Assembly (NCBI RefSeq): GCF_006345805.1
Contig: NC_043010.1
Coordinates: 54,312,001-54,376,000 of the forward strand
Reading direction: 5' to 3'
Source of the DNA: Octopus sinensis
Taxonomy: Eukaryota
Length of the DNA: 64,000 nt
The notes beneath the pieces are model-generated. The model did not search any database and was not told the DNA's origin. It worked only from the letters and a program-made list of their open reading frames with translations. Made by a program: the position numbers and the translations under genes. Of this stretch, positions 41,917 through 56,239 are shown piece after piece; positions within the stretch are counted from its first letter, which is position 1, and every line of letters begins with the position of its first letter.

Positions 41917-42199
41917 GCATTATATATATATATTATGCATATATATATATATGATATATATATATATACCGTAATATATGTATGGTTGTATATACAGATA
42001 TATACGTATGTAAATGTTGTTTATATATACATATACATATATATATTATATATATATATATATATATAATAATATATGTGTGTTGTGTTGTATATATATG
42101 TATATGTATATATAACACATTTACATACACATTTACTATACGTATATATCTGTATATACAGATATATACGGATGTAAATGTGTTTATATATACATATAC

Positions 42200-42251
<52 letters not shown>

Positions 42252-42355
42252 GTATATGTATATATAAACACATTTACATACGTATATAACTGTATATACA
42301 CACATTTACATATGCATATATATATATATATACAATTTACATATGCATACATATG

Positions 42356-42400
<45 letters not shown>

Positions 42401-42440
42401 ATATATAAATGTATATGCGACCCCACATATATATATATAA
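41840..42440. repeat. TA-rich microsatellite with higher-order internal duplications
   Basis: TATACAGATATATACG..TGTAAATG and CACATTTACAT motifs recur. Confidence 0.85.
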
Positions 42441-43364
42441 GTGTAATGTTCGTGAGTGTTAGTTCAGCGAAAATATACATCATCCGGTGAGAGATAAATA
42501 TTATTTAATACACACAGTATATGTTTTTGTGTGATACTATTACTTTCATGTCATAAGAGCATGCGACACAATAATTTTATACGTCTGGTATCTCAGATAC
42601 TGCCCACATGGCATCACAAACTAAAGATGAGACGCGAGAATAAGAGAAAAAAGCGAGAAAAGGCAGGAGAAATGTAGATACAAAAGACGGAAGGTTTAAA
42701 AACCGGAAAACGTAAGAGAAAACAGAATGCCAAAAAGATAGTAGATTTAGAGTTATTGCCCCTTTGACCGTAAAATATAAGGTTTGAAAAGATAGTGGCT
42801 TAGAGTCTGTGATACAACTCTTCAATCTAGAGAGGGCGATATTTTCGAATTCGTTAACAGGAACTTAGCCATATGCTTACATTCAGTGAAATTTTCGGAT
42901 CTAGAATGTTTTAGATTTCTCAGATTTCTAAAAGATTCGAGGTGTTTCAGCTACGTATAGCTTAAATTATTTTGATCCGTTAACATAGGGTGTGAAGTTT
43001 TCGTCCATTTTCCGTTTTGTCGTATGTGATATGGCACTCAACTTCAAACTCCATACCTGGCTGCCCAACTTTGTAATGTTAGTTTGTCCCTGTATCTCAA
43101 GGAAAACATCTGCTTAGTATAGCGATTTTTGAATTCACCTCTTTATCGATTGTGTTATCATCTAGCGTTGCTGTAACTTCTGCCTCTTGTATTACACATT
43201 CAATCATACATACCTGGTCGAGTGGACAGGAGCTTGGGACAACACACTTTCAACTGGGAGTGGGTTCTTTTCGTTGTTCTCGTGAATGTGTTTATTTATA
43301 AACGTACACTATATATAAATATGCAAAAATATATATATGGATGTATTATATATATGTCTACGTG

Positions 43365-43434
<70 letters not shown>

Positions 43435-43913
43435 CACACAGATATATACACACACGGACACACACATATAGATATGTGTGTGAGTGTGTGTTTACGTGTG
43501 TTTTTCCATTATATGTAGATACTGAATATGTGGTGTGGTGCCAATTAGCAAAAGAGAACGCGATAATATCGCATATAATGACATCATGAAATCGCTCGAA
43601 ATTGATTAATGGATATATTTTACAGCAACCATAAGAGTTATAAAACGTAACACTAAAATTATCTTAAAGAAATGGAGAGTGTACAATATAATGTTTCTGC
43701 GTATGTATACATGTATGTGTGCGTGGGCTTGTGTGTGTGTGCATGTGTGTATGTGTCTTTATATATGTGCGTGTGTGTGTACATTCACACTCATATAATA
43801 TCTTACATGCATATGTAAACGTATATGTCTGAAGTATTTTACCCCCTCTGTCTCCGTCTGTATATATATATATACAATATTATGTATATGAAAACATATA
43901 AGTAATATATATC

Positions 43914-43963
<50 letters not shown>

Positions 43964-44975
43964 TATGTATATGAAAGCATATATGTAAATATATATCATG
44001 TATATATATATGTGTGTGTGTGTATATATATAGATACATATATATTATATATATACACACACATGCATATATATATATATTATAATATATATATATATAT
44101 ATATTATTAGTATGTATGTATGTATTTATATACATGTATACATTAATGTATATGTATATGTATACATGCTTAACTGTGTAAGCATAGTCTTCGATATATG
44201 TGTTTAATATGTGTGTGTGTATAATTGTAAATTCGTGTCTGTATATGTGTATAAACAATCATAATTGCTTTGTCTGAAAAGTATTATTTCGACAGTTTCT
44301 CGCCAGACAATGGTATTGCTGAAGATTCAATTAACTTCATCAATGATTCCATCCATCCAAGTTCTTATTGTAACTGTAGAAATTTCATTCTTCGCTTTCA
44401 TTTTTAGTTTTTGTCTTTTATTCCAAGACACGAATCTGACGTAGAAAGCGAATTTAATTTACATACAAATAATGTGTAGGTATTGATTTCCTAATTAGGA
44501 ATGAAAACAGACTGAAGGCATTTGCTTTTCATTCATCTTTTATATTATTTTTATTTCTTTATTGCTGAAGGACACAACGAGATATATATTGAAATTGACT
44601 AACTTACGATCCTGGGTATAGAATACCACAGCTTCATTTATTTCGTTCGTTTTTCTCATTGAATATACACGAATATTGTTTCGTCAAGGAAAATAAATGG
44701 AGGTTTTTAAAGCATATAAAAGTATTCTCACTCTGGAAGATATAATTACAAAACAGCTGACTGGATGAATTAATGTCAGACTAGGTCAAAGATTTCACTT
44801 TCTTTTTCTACCATTTTCATGGGTCACAGAAAGTACAATGCACTATTATATTAGTTTAATATTTTCCTCGTTCGAACAAGGAGGTTATTGCTATTTTCCG
44901 TTATATATATATATATATAATTATATTAATATATATATATATGGTGTGTGTGTTGGTGTGTGTGTGTATGTATAC

Positions 44976-45007
<32 letters not shown>

Positions 45008-45017
45008 TATATATATC

Positions 45018-45048
<31 letters not shown>

Positions 45049-45089
45049 TATATATCTAATTATATATATATATATATATAGATATGTAT

Positions 45090-45125
<36 letters not shown>

Positions 45126-45666
45126 CGCTATTGCATATTTTTCTCACTGTAGGTTATTACCATCGACTAATAGCAATATCTGGTGTATTACTGACTGTCA
45201 CTTTCTGCTTCGTCTAATTAATGCGTCACCGCAACTGAATATTGAGGCAATATGAAAATAAGACGTACTTATATATTACTCTAGCGCACTGGCTGCGATT
45301 TTGATGCTGTGAATGACAGTTTTCTTACAACTGCCATGATTTATACCGACCACTATGTCAACGTCCCCACGTCATAATATCGAACTGAGGTTTGAAGTGT
45401 CTTAGTCTTGGAGAAATATCTAAAATTATCAAATCACAGAGAAAGACACGAATGACTAGACAATTTCGAAACTCACTATTAATCTGTTGTACGTAGTTCT
45501 ATTATTTCTTCCATGTGTACTCTTAATTGCATGTGTTGTCTATAAGCATAGCCAGCGCAGATGTATGGTTACATGCGCCAGACGGATGCCCCATACACAC
45601 GTATATATATGCATGTGTATTTTGTGTATGTGTATATTATATATATATATATATATATTACTGTGC

Positions 45667-45719
<53 letters not shown>

Positions 45720-46060
45720 ATATATACATACATATATACACGCAAATTATTTAGGAAAAGACTTTACAAAACAGAATCTATTTAATAATGGAGAGACAAA
45801 ACGCATCTCGTCAAATGAAATTCTGATGTTGCTCAGAACGTGGAGTATGAACAGAAGGGATGACTTGATAAAAATTCAGACGTAATGTAAGTTTTAATTA
45901 AAGATCTCTCTCGTCTAATATACCTCTAGATAGTCTATGACAATTCAACCTCTTTTCCAAGGAGCTCTTTGGGACGGGATCATGATATACAGAGTATGTA
46001 TGGTTACATGTGCCTGACGGATGCCCCATACACACGTATATATATGCATATATATTTTGC

Positions 46061-46096
<36 letters not shown>

Positions 46097-46744
46097 TTCG
46101 TTTTTGTATTTGGTTTGCTTGTATGTACGCATATAAGAGAAATTGTAAAACAAATTGTGTTCTGCATTCCCTATTCAAATATTGAATGACCTAAATGCGA
46201 ACGTATAAGCGGCAACCAAATAATCCGTTTGTGATCATTCGACTTGCTAAAAATAGAAGGTAACACAATTCCGTTCGTAGTGTGACTTCTAGAATAATTC
46301 TTCATGAGAAACAACGAAATCAATTAAGATTTATGAAATATTTCCGATTGCACTACGTGTATTCATCTTCTGCATGGTGAGTACATATTTCTTTTTAAAT
46401 GAAACGTCCGTCTTTGTTTGAGTAAAAAGAAATTCATTGAAACCCTGCCATTTTAAACAAGGCAGAACGATCTGTGAATATATTTGAATATACTTGTAAA
46501 AGATGTATTTTCGATGGTAGGGTTCTTATTGATAAAAGTGTTCTTTAGTCCAATTGTTAGATAGCAATTGCTGAAATGTAACGTATTTTAATTATTTCGT
46601 ACTATTGTGAGAGTTTTGCTACTAAATCATCTGTTTTGGATGTGAATTCTTAAACACTGCGCCTTCACAAGCTTAGTCGATAACAACTTTTGGAAGTATA
46701 TTTCGTTACTGTTATCAAATCATTAACAACGGGAGGATGAGAAT

Positions 46745-46860
46745 AACCTAATGCATTGGAACATACGAGGATCTGCTGAAAATTGTAAAAACAAGTAAAC
46801 TAGAAAGGTATGGTCATGTCATAAGAAGCTCTTGCCTGGCAAATAAATTTTCCCTAAGAT
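46745..46860 (+). mobile_element. Short RTE-like LINE C-terminal fragment
   Basis: YEDLLKIVKTSKLERYGHVIRSSCLA resembles the RTE motif EDLL.IVK.RKL.WYGHV.R...LA. Confidence 0.45.
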
Positions 46861-48106
46861 TAGTAGTACGAAAACATTGGCTTTTTACTTTCAAAACAGA
46901 GACGGTAGCCAAAATACAGGCTGAAATCATTACTTATACCTCTGAATATGAACTTAATAGGACGTTCTCGAGCGCTTCTGATAGCATGTAACCAGGTACA
47001 AGATGTTATATGTTCAGCTCATAGGCAACAAAGCTGGAAACCCTACCGATCTTCTTTGGTGATCAGGGTAATTTATCGGACATCCTACAGGACGAAAAGC
47101 AAAACCAGTCAAAAGCAGAGTAACTCAGGTGAGTCAACAAACAACCCAGAGTGATTAAAGAAAAGTGGCCTAATGGTTAAGAAGTGGCATTCATGATCGC
47201 GAGATCAATGTTTCGATTACCAAACGGTCGCACTTTATGTTTTTAAGCTAAACTCTTTATTTCTGCTTGCTTTAATCCACTCATCTGAGTAACCTTCCGA
47301 CGGACTGACTTGCAATGGTGAGAGGGTGATTCGGAAAAGTCATCAGTGCGCACCAGGTCTCAAGAGTCACGTTTTGTATTCAACGTTGAAAGGACGAGTC
47401 GTACACTCATTACCCTTCTTCCTGATTGGTTATGATTGGTTATAAAAGGATGAATGAATGAACATAATATACCTGTGCCCACGTATACTGTATATAAGAT
47501 ATAGAGCTTACAATAAAAGGCAGCGAAGACGATGTGGACCAATGGCTCGTAAAATCATGTCGGTTAATTTATAAATATTTCTTTCGTTTCTGTGGCTTGC
47601 ACAAACTTTCATCTACACCACGTAATTTCAGCTTTTGAACATGAATTGATTACATGATTAAATTAAACAGTTTAATTCTAATACTTTAGATATTGGTAAA
47701 TAGAGAGAAAGAATAAATATTTACGTCAGTAAATAAAGAGAGAGAGAGAGAGAGAGAAAATTTATTTTTTGCCTCTGTTATCTTATTATTGATATTTTAT
47801 ATAAACGAATCTATATTTCCTGCTTTTCTTTACAAATTGAGAATATACGTTGCGTTGCAGTCATTTTAAAGAGTTGTATTTATTTATCACCCAAAGAGAC
47901 ATATCTGTACAGCGGAATACTCCTGGAGTTGCTTTTAAGTATCCCCCGCTTAAGGGATCGATTCTAGATGGGTGGGAACAATTGTATTGATTCAGAAAGG
48001 TTCTCGTATTTTCCATCGTTCATCTCTCATTAACTATATATGTGTGTGAGAGCGTGTGTATATAAATATACATACACACACACACACATACACACACTTA
48101 TATATA

Positions 48107-48159
<53 letters not shown>

Positions 48160-48182
48160 GTGTGTGTGTGTATGTCTATCTA

Positions 48183-49023
48183 CGAGATCTGATCAATAAG
48201 TAACAGGACTGTAGGAATAGTAACGAAGCTGAAGCATGTCGAGTAGAGCTGCTTGGAACAGATTGACCTTGGACTCTGCTGCGCATGTGCACTAGCACAC
48301 TTCTGCTGTTTACAGCAGTGCTTGGAAGGGACGTATGTAGCGTATGATCGCTGCGGTGACAACGACAGAGAAAGATGGTATAGCAATACCTGCTCAAAGA
48401 TCCACGTAAAGTTGCAGAAAGTGTATGGAGAGGAGTGTATGAGTCGCACACAATTGTACGAGTGGCCGAAATATGTTGATGGCCGAAATATGTTGATAGT
48501 GTCGAATGTTCTAGGAGACTCGTAACAGGTAGGACTGAGAAAAACATTGTAGACATGCGTGAGTTATTTGTGGATGTGCAAATTAGTTACGCTTCAGTTC
48601 AGTCCATTATCACTGAAGGTTTGCGTATGAGACGCGTGTCTGCCAAGTTTGTGCCGTAAAAGCTTTCAGCTGATCAAAAAACTCTCGGGTTTCACTTAAA
48701 ATAGATCTCCTTGATTGTCTTGAGAACGATGAAAATATTTTGTAAATTTTGCGTAGGCATCTGAGCATGTATCACCAAGCTTTTGGCTAAATATTGATGC
48801 AGATTCTTTGCTCAACTTTCTCAGTCGTGGTAAATGTGACGATCACGGGATACACAAATTCATTCCAAGCACTGCTGTAAGCAGCGTAAGTGGGCAAGAG
48901 CGTTAAAAGTTAGTGCGCATTGCACGTCAAAGTTCAGGATCAATCTGTGCCAAACGGCCTCACTCTGTATGCTTTACCTTCGTTACCATAGTGACAGTCC
49001 GGATACTTATTGATCACACCACG
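48183..49023 (+). mobile_element. Internally deleted mariner, N-terminal HTH half only, with long imperfect inverted ends
   Basis: TA flanks; ends CGAGATCTGATCAATAAGTAACAGGACTG versus rc CGTGGTGTGATCAATAAGTATCCGGACTG; KLQKVYGEECMSRTQLYEW...VSAKFVP*KLSADQK. Confidence 0.82.
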
Positions 49024-49079
49024 TATCTCTATGTATATACATATGTATATATATGTAAATATATATGTATGTATGTATG

Positions 49080-49138
<59 letters not shown>

Positions 49139-49493
49139 TATACATACATACATACATACATACATACTACATACATACATACATACATACATATATGCAA
49201 TCGAGAGCGTGCTAATTAAACTGAGAAGTAGGTGATGTTTTATGCAGAGAAACAATTTTACGCTTTCGTGCTTCTTGCAACAGAATTTACTGCATTAAAG
49301 ATAGTCATACCTAACGTGATGAGTAAAACCGGATAACAACTAGAGGAAGTATTCACTCATTCACTCAGTGACCTAGCTAGTAGTAATTTACGAAATTTCC
49401 TTTGCAGTGCCCTCAAGGATCTGAGGATATAAAATTCCTGAAGCTACATTGGTGCGAATGTAATCTTTTAATCATGCTCCATGTTTGCGAACT

Positions 49494-49650
49494 ATGGGAT
49501 TGTCTGTCCATCATGGAATTACTTGCATAAAAAGAGAGAAGACATTATGGATAATGGAAAATATAGTCGCAGAATCCAGACACTGTTACGTTAGAGACAT
49601 CTTTGATCGTAAGTCTTCTCCTAGTTCACCTGAGACAAAGCAATCCCAAT
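49494..49650. pseudogene. Possible decayed coding segment, duplicated at ~50925-51100; product unknown
   Basis: 7 of 10 alignable substitutions fall in one codon position; copy 1 has an open + frame MGLSVHH...ENIVAESRHCYVRDIFDRKSSPSSPETKQSQ*. Confidence 0.3.
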
Positions 49651-51495
49651 AATGTCAAAGCCCTTATGGAATAGAAATTATTTAAGATGACCAGTTTCCA
49701 CAACGTCGATACAGTCTGTGTCGAATCTACATGGCTCTGTGGCTCTGGTACGAAGAGTAGTTGCTTCTGATAGCATCGTATGGAGGAGGTGTCTGATAAC
49801 TTGACAGAACTTTCTCAGAATTCATGTTCATCGAAACTGAATGATGGACATTCAGTTGCAGATATTGATTGGAATTCCTCAACATTTGGAACACAGTAAC
49901 AAATATACATTGATTTATGTGTTAGACTTGTGCCTTTCAATTTTCAGATACGTTTTGTCATCTTTTGAAATTTTTGTGTAGCTGTAGTACACATACACTC
50001 ACATTCTTTCAGTTATTTTCCAGAGACAAAAGAGTCAAATCTGATTGTCTAGGCTGTGTCTGAATTAATATGAAATGCTAACCAAATCAGCAAAGGTCAT
50101 TGCGGGTCTCTTGTCAGTTCCTTACTTCTTCAAGCCGAAAGAAATGTTTTTAATGAATAACAGTGAATATATTTAAAATCAATTAATATTTACTTTCAAA
50201 TCATCTTCCAGTGAATTAAAAAAAATTATGTTAGATGACAAGAGTTATTTAACTAAATTTTGTGAAAATATTTAGATTCATCTCATTAATATTAAATTTC
50301 ACAAAAGTAAACCTCATTTAAGTTTCTTAGAAATTATTTCAACGTTGTAACTTTTCAATCTCTTATAGGGAAACAAAACTTCGCAACCACTTATATTCAA
50401 TGTCTGTCACATTTCTTAAGGTGAAATTGTGTGACGAGAAAATTATTTGGATTCTATCAATGGATTTAAATATACACCTAGTTGCGCCTCACCTGTGTTT
50501 ATGTTGACCGATGGTATGAAAATAGTTGTTACATTCGTTAATATTTTAGCTTAGTTATTTTGATTTGTTCCTATCCAGATGTGTCATGTTTGAGCCGACA
50601 TAAGATTAAAGAAAATTCAGTCATAATCAGCAGATTGTTCTGAATATAATCCTACCTGGACAAAATTACGCAACGTTTGATACATTGCTGAAGGTGCTAA
50701 ATTAGGACTTGAAAGAGATATACCTATTATTTCCGACAACTTATGTGTCACATGGGCTCCACCGTTGGCATTCACAGAGTCTTCTTCGTTCAAGCATTAT
50801 TTATAAATTAGTCAGGGATGGAAAGTCAATGACCCAAATGAACATCGAGACTTCGACTGCTCTATTGATATAATTTTAGTGTCCGTTTCAAAACCATTGA
50901 AGTGATATATTTTCTTCATCTTCTCAACACCATCCTGGAATCACTTCTATGATAAGAAGCGAGAAAACATTTTGGATAATGGAAAATATAGTCGCAGTTA
51001 ATTAATCACTCTACAGAATGCAGACACTGTTAAGTTAGAGAAATCTTTGATCGTAAGTCTTCTCCGAGTTCACCTGAGACAAAACAAATCCAACAACAAC
51101 CAATAGTCGCTTCAGCAAAAGGCTCAAGAGAAATTTTCCTTCTATTTTAGCGATAGAATGACGATAGAATTCTCATAATTGCCTATGGGAGTTGTCTACT
51201 TATGCAACGCAATGTGTTAATAACCGAAATAAACAGAATTACACATCGCTGGTTTCAGAGGAAAGATAAAACGCAATACCGTTTTATTGCTTGACTTACT
51301 ATTTACTTCAAGAACTATTTTCAGTTTTGGTTAATTAAAAATTGATACAAGAATTATTTAATTTTGTCGCAGCTTATAATGTAACTTCGCCGTTAGCATA
51401 GTCACGACAGATTATAAGTTATTTCACAAAGTTGTATTAAGTAAGAAAGCTTATAACTGTAGAGGTATGTAATAGATTAGATAGATTCTTTTGTC

Positions 51496-51892
51496 GGCGA
51501 GCCGGCAGAAACGTTAGCACGCCGGGCTAAATGCTTTGCGGTATTTCGTCTGCCGCTACGTTCTCAGTTCAAATTCCGCCAAGGTCGACTTTGCCTTTCA
51601 TCCTTTCCGGGTCGATTAAATAAGTACCAGTTACGCACTGGGGTCGATGTAATCGACTTAATCCGTTTGTCTGTCCTTGTTTGTCCCCTCTGTGTTTAGC
51701 CCCTTGTGGGTAGTAAAGAAATAGTTACGTTCTGAGTTCAAATTCCGCCGTGGTTGACTTTGCTATTCATCCTTTCGGGATCGATTAAATGAGTACCAGT
51801 TACGCACTGGAGTCGATATAATCAACTTAATCCGTTTGTGTTTCCTTGTTTGTCCCCTCTGTGTTTAGCCCCTTGTGGGTAGTAAAGAAATA
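51496..51892 (+). mobile_element. SINE-B array, 2 units
   Basis: Junction AAAGAAATA|GTTACGTTC at 51723/51724. Confidence 0.9.
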
Positions 51893-52509
51893 GATAATTT
51901 CTTTAGTCCGACATCAGTTCTGATCAAAAGAATTTACAATCATACATTTTTCGGCTTTTCTTATTTCAATTGGAAGAACTACGACTAGGTTAGCTCATGT
52001 GAGGAACTATGCTACATCGAGCAAAATTTGGGAACGCAATGTATGTGATGGGATTTAGCACAGACGCGTACTTCGATTTCTTTTCTTCAAAGGTTTCGTT
52101 TATCTTATACTTCATTGCTCTTGTTTGTATGTACCATCTCTTATAAGAATGATAAATGAGTATAAGTTCTCTCACGATGTATATTTCCTCTTTTTACACA
52201 AGCATTGTGTAACTGGGACTACTTTGAGCTATGTATATCATCGTTTACATTTAAGACAGTGTGGCTAAATTTCATGAGCTTTTGACGTTGTTTATCAGCA
52301 ATATCAGGAAGTGTGTAGGTATTTTCGCGTCATAAAGGTGCGATAAATTTTTTGGCTAGCGACATATTGAGAGAATGAGGGAAAAAAAGAACGCCATAAA
52401 CATTTTGTTACCCAAACGGGGTTGGTGGCAAAAGAAAAAAAGGTGTAAAATATATTTATGTAAATACATACATACATAAATACATTAAATACATACAACA
52501 TACATACTT

Positions 52510-52546
52510 ATATCTATCTATCTATATCTATCTATCTATCTATCTG

Positions 52547-52609
<63 letters not shown>

Positions 52610-52612
52610 CTC

Positions 52613-52673
<61 letters not shown>

Positions 52674-52675
52674 TA
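52510..52675. repeat. (CTAT)n(CT)n(AT)n compound microsatellite
   Basis: Direct reading. Confidence 0.95.
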
Positions 52676-53592
52676 CAGGAATACCTTATGCATAATTTCG
52701 ACATATTAAGTTCAACTGAAACGATATTCAATATGGATTTGATCACGTGATGCTGCAACTAAATGCTTTTGCCAGAAAGTTAATGATGAGCATTGATCTG
52801 AATAGAGTTTGTAAATAAATTGTGAACGTTAACGAAATGACAAATCTTCCATCAAATGGATTTTATTTTCTACAAGATTTTATATAGATTATTTACATTT
52901 ATTATATTTTTCCTTCTCTTCCTCCTTCGTTGTTTTGTTATTGACTAGAAACAAGGTGGCTGTTTTCCAGAGGCTGAAATGTATATAATTCCGCCTGTCA
53001 GGGACACGTTATCAATATTAATATATTTTGGAAGCATTTCGCATTCTACACACCGACACACACACACACACAGATACACACCCATACACACAGAACAAAC
53101 AAGAGCTCGACAAACAACCGTAGTCATATTTCAAAACTGCCAGACCTTCGTTCTGTAATTATATTTGCGTGATTAGATTCCGTTCATTAGTATAATTGTG
53201 ATAAACACTAGTCATATAAAAGCTGGTTGGCATAGTAACTTCATGAAAACACGATTCCACATGCAATCACCAACTTCGACCGAGCTACAACTATTATCAT
53301 ACAGACGCGCACACAAGCGCACAGACTCACATACGCATTTATACGCTTACGTTAGCGGTCAACATTCACAATCATTTTATTCAACAAAACCATTGAAAAT
53401 TATCAATGCTCTTATAGTTCTCTTTGATTATTTATTCATTTCATGTTCTCCTTTAATATTGGTCACCTACATATTTTTCTGTATTCATAATTAAGTTTCA
53501 TGTTGTGCGTCAACACATTGGCTTTTGCCGATTAAGACAGGCTTTATACTACTACTACTACTACTACTACTACTAGTCATCATTGTTATTAT

Positions 53593-55430
53593 TGGCGGCG
53601 AGCTGGCAGGGTCGTTAGCACGCCCGGGTTTAGCAGCAATTCGTCCGTCCTCACGTTCTGAGTTCAAATGCCGCCGAGTCGACTTTGTCTTTCGTATTTT
53701 CGGGGTCGATAGATTACATACCAGTTGCGTACTGGGGTCGATGTAATGGGCTTGTACCCTCCCCGCAAATTTCAGGCATTGTGCCTTTATTAGAAGGGAT
53801 TGTTATTTTTATTAGTAAAACGACGAGCTGTCAGAATCGTTACGACGCTGGTCAAAATGCTTAGCGGCATTTCGCCCCTCCTTACGTTTTGAGTTCAAAT
53901 TCCACCGAGGTTGACTTTGCCTTTCATCCTTTTGAGGTTGATAAAATAAGTGGCAGTGGAGTACTGGTGTCGATGTAAACGACTAGTTTTGCTCCCCGAA
54001 TTTCTGGCATTGTGCCTATAGTAGAAAGGATTATTATTATGATCAAAGGTGCCAGTAAGTAGAATCGTTACAGAGCTGGAGAAAACGCTTTCTTGTGTTT
54101 CTTCAGGCTTTTTAAATTCTGTGTTCAAAATCGGCTGAAGTTGCCGTTGTCTTTCCGCTTTTCGGTTTCGATAAAATATGCACCAGACAAATACAATTCC
54201 CCCTCCTATCGAAGTTGTTGGCCTTGTAACAAATTTAGAATCAAGACTGGTGAGCTGGCAAAATCTTTAGCGCTTCAAACAAAATGCTTTGTGGCTTTTC
54301 CTTCATCCTTACGTTCCAAGTTTCCATCCCGCCGAGGTCGAATTAATCATTTCAGAGTCTATAAAAAAGTATCAATGATGTATTGAGGTCGATACAATCA
54401 ACTAGCCCTCTCCCCACAAATTTCAGGTATTATGCCTTATCATTATTATTAATATTATTAAGGCGGCGAGCTGGCAGAAACATTAGCACGCCGGGCGAAA
54501 TGCTTAGCGGTATTTCGTCTGCGTTACGTTGTGAGTTCAAATTCCGCCGAGGTCGACTTTGCCTTTCATCCTTTCGAGGTCGATAAATTAAGTACCAGTT
54601 ACGCACTGGAGTCGATGTAATCGACTTAATACCTATGTCTGTCCTTGTTTGTCCCCTCTGTGTTTAGCCCCTTGTGGGTAATAAAGAAATAGGTATTTCG
54701 TCTGCCGCTACGTTCTGAATTCAAATTCCGCTGAGGTCGACTTTGCCTTTCATTCTTTCGCGGGTCGATTAAATAAGTACTAGTTATGCACTGGGGTCGA
54801 TATAATCGAATTAATCCGTTTGTCTGTCCTTGTTTATCGTCTCTGTGTTTAGCCCCTTGTGGGTAGTAAAGAAATAGGTATTTCGTCTGCCACTACGTTC
54901 TGAGTTCAAATTCTGCCGAAGTCAACTTAGCATTTCATCCCTTGGCGGTGTCGATAAATTAAGTCCCTGTTATGTACTGGGGTGTTCTAATTGACTGGTC
55001 CCCTCTCCCCCACCAAATTTCGTTCCTTGTGGCTAGTGTAAAAAAAGATTATTACTGTTGTTCTTCCTGTTTTTGTCTAAGGCGGCGAGCTGGCAGAATC
55101 GTTAGCGCGCTGACCGGACGATAAAAGAAGTACGACTAGACTCGATGAAATCGACTAGTCCCCTCCCCACAAATTTCAGGCCGTATGAGTTTAGCAGAAA
55201 GAATAAGTATTGTCAGTAGTAAGGCTGCGAGATAACAGAATCGTTAGGATGCGTGCAAAATGCTAAGCGGTATTTCGTTCCTCCTTACGTTCTGAGTTCA
55301 AATCGCCTTTGCCTTTCATCCTTTCGGGGTCGATAAAATAAGTACCAGTTGAGTAGCGGTGTCGATGAACGCAACTAACACTCACCTCCGAAAATTACAA
55401 GTCCTGTGTCTATAGTAGAAAGTATTATCG
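53593..55430 (+). mobile_element. Cluster of about 9 co-oriented SINE-B copies or units
   Basis: Heads at ~53593, 53818, 54047, 54247, 54461, 55081 and 55223, plus headless units at 54692 and 54877; old copies are separated by ATT-rich tails. Confidence 0.85.
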
Positions 55431-55959
55431 TTGTTGTTTGTGTTGCTGTTATTCTAGTGGTTGATGTATTTAGAAGTCCTATGTTAAGCTTGAAAATGCT
55501 GACAGCTATATACTATATTTTTGATTATTGTGTTCGTGTAAATTAGGACAGTTCAGACAAAAAGAAGACAGAAAAAATGCCAAAAAGACAGGTCGGTTCT
55601 TCTCCAATTTTTGCAAATACTTAAAGTTATATCTTCTGTGTATATATGCTACCAAACAAATATGATTTTAATGAACTCCTAATACTTTTTGTTGAATACT
55701 TTCTTAAATGCTTTCTTGTAAATAGTTTTTAACATATTCTTATTTTTATCAAAGAATGTATATCTGTATTTTAATACTTTTGTGACAACCGGTACTTAAC
55801 CCAACAAAGCTTCAACAAAGATTAACATTTTACATTTGACAATCTTATTCTAAAACAGTGAAACCGGTCAAGTGAATAAACATCTTTAAAATTGCATTTT
55901 CGAACATTCGTTCATATATATTTCCTCTCGTGCGGTACCTTGCAACTTCACATTGTTAT

Positions 55960-55970
55960 ACCTATATATA

Positions 55971-56049
<79 letters not shown>

Positions 56050-56059
56050 TATTTATCTA

Positions 56060-56113
<54 letters not shown>

Positions 56114-56131
56114 CTTACATATATATATACA

Positions 56132-56176
<45 letters not shown>

Positions 56177-56208
56177 AATATATATGTATATATATATGTA
56201 AGTATGTA

Positions 56209-56239
<31 letters not shown>

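Noticed and set aside
43050-43260. Two CAG|GTATG donors on the minus strand suggesting exons
   Set aside because: The read-through frame TLDDNTIDKEVNSKIAILSRCF looks more like a decayed RTE-LINE RT segment; no acceptor support.
50690-50905. Protocadherin-like words (LERD, APPLA, VNDPN)
   Set aside because: Spacing and residues do not fit the cadherin LDRE / AxDxGxP / DxNDNxPxF pattern.
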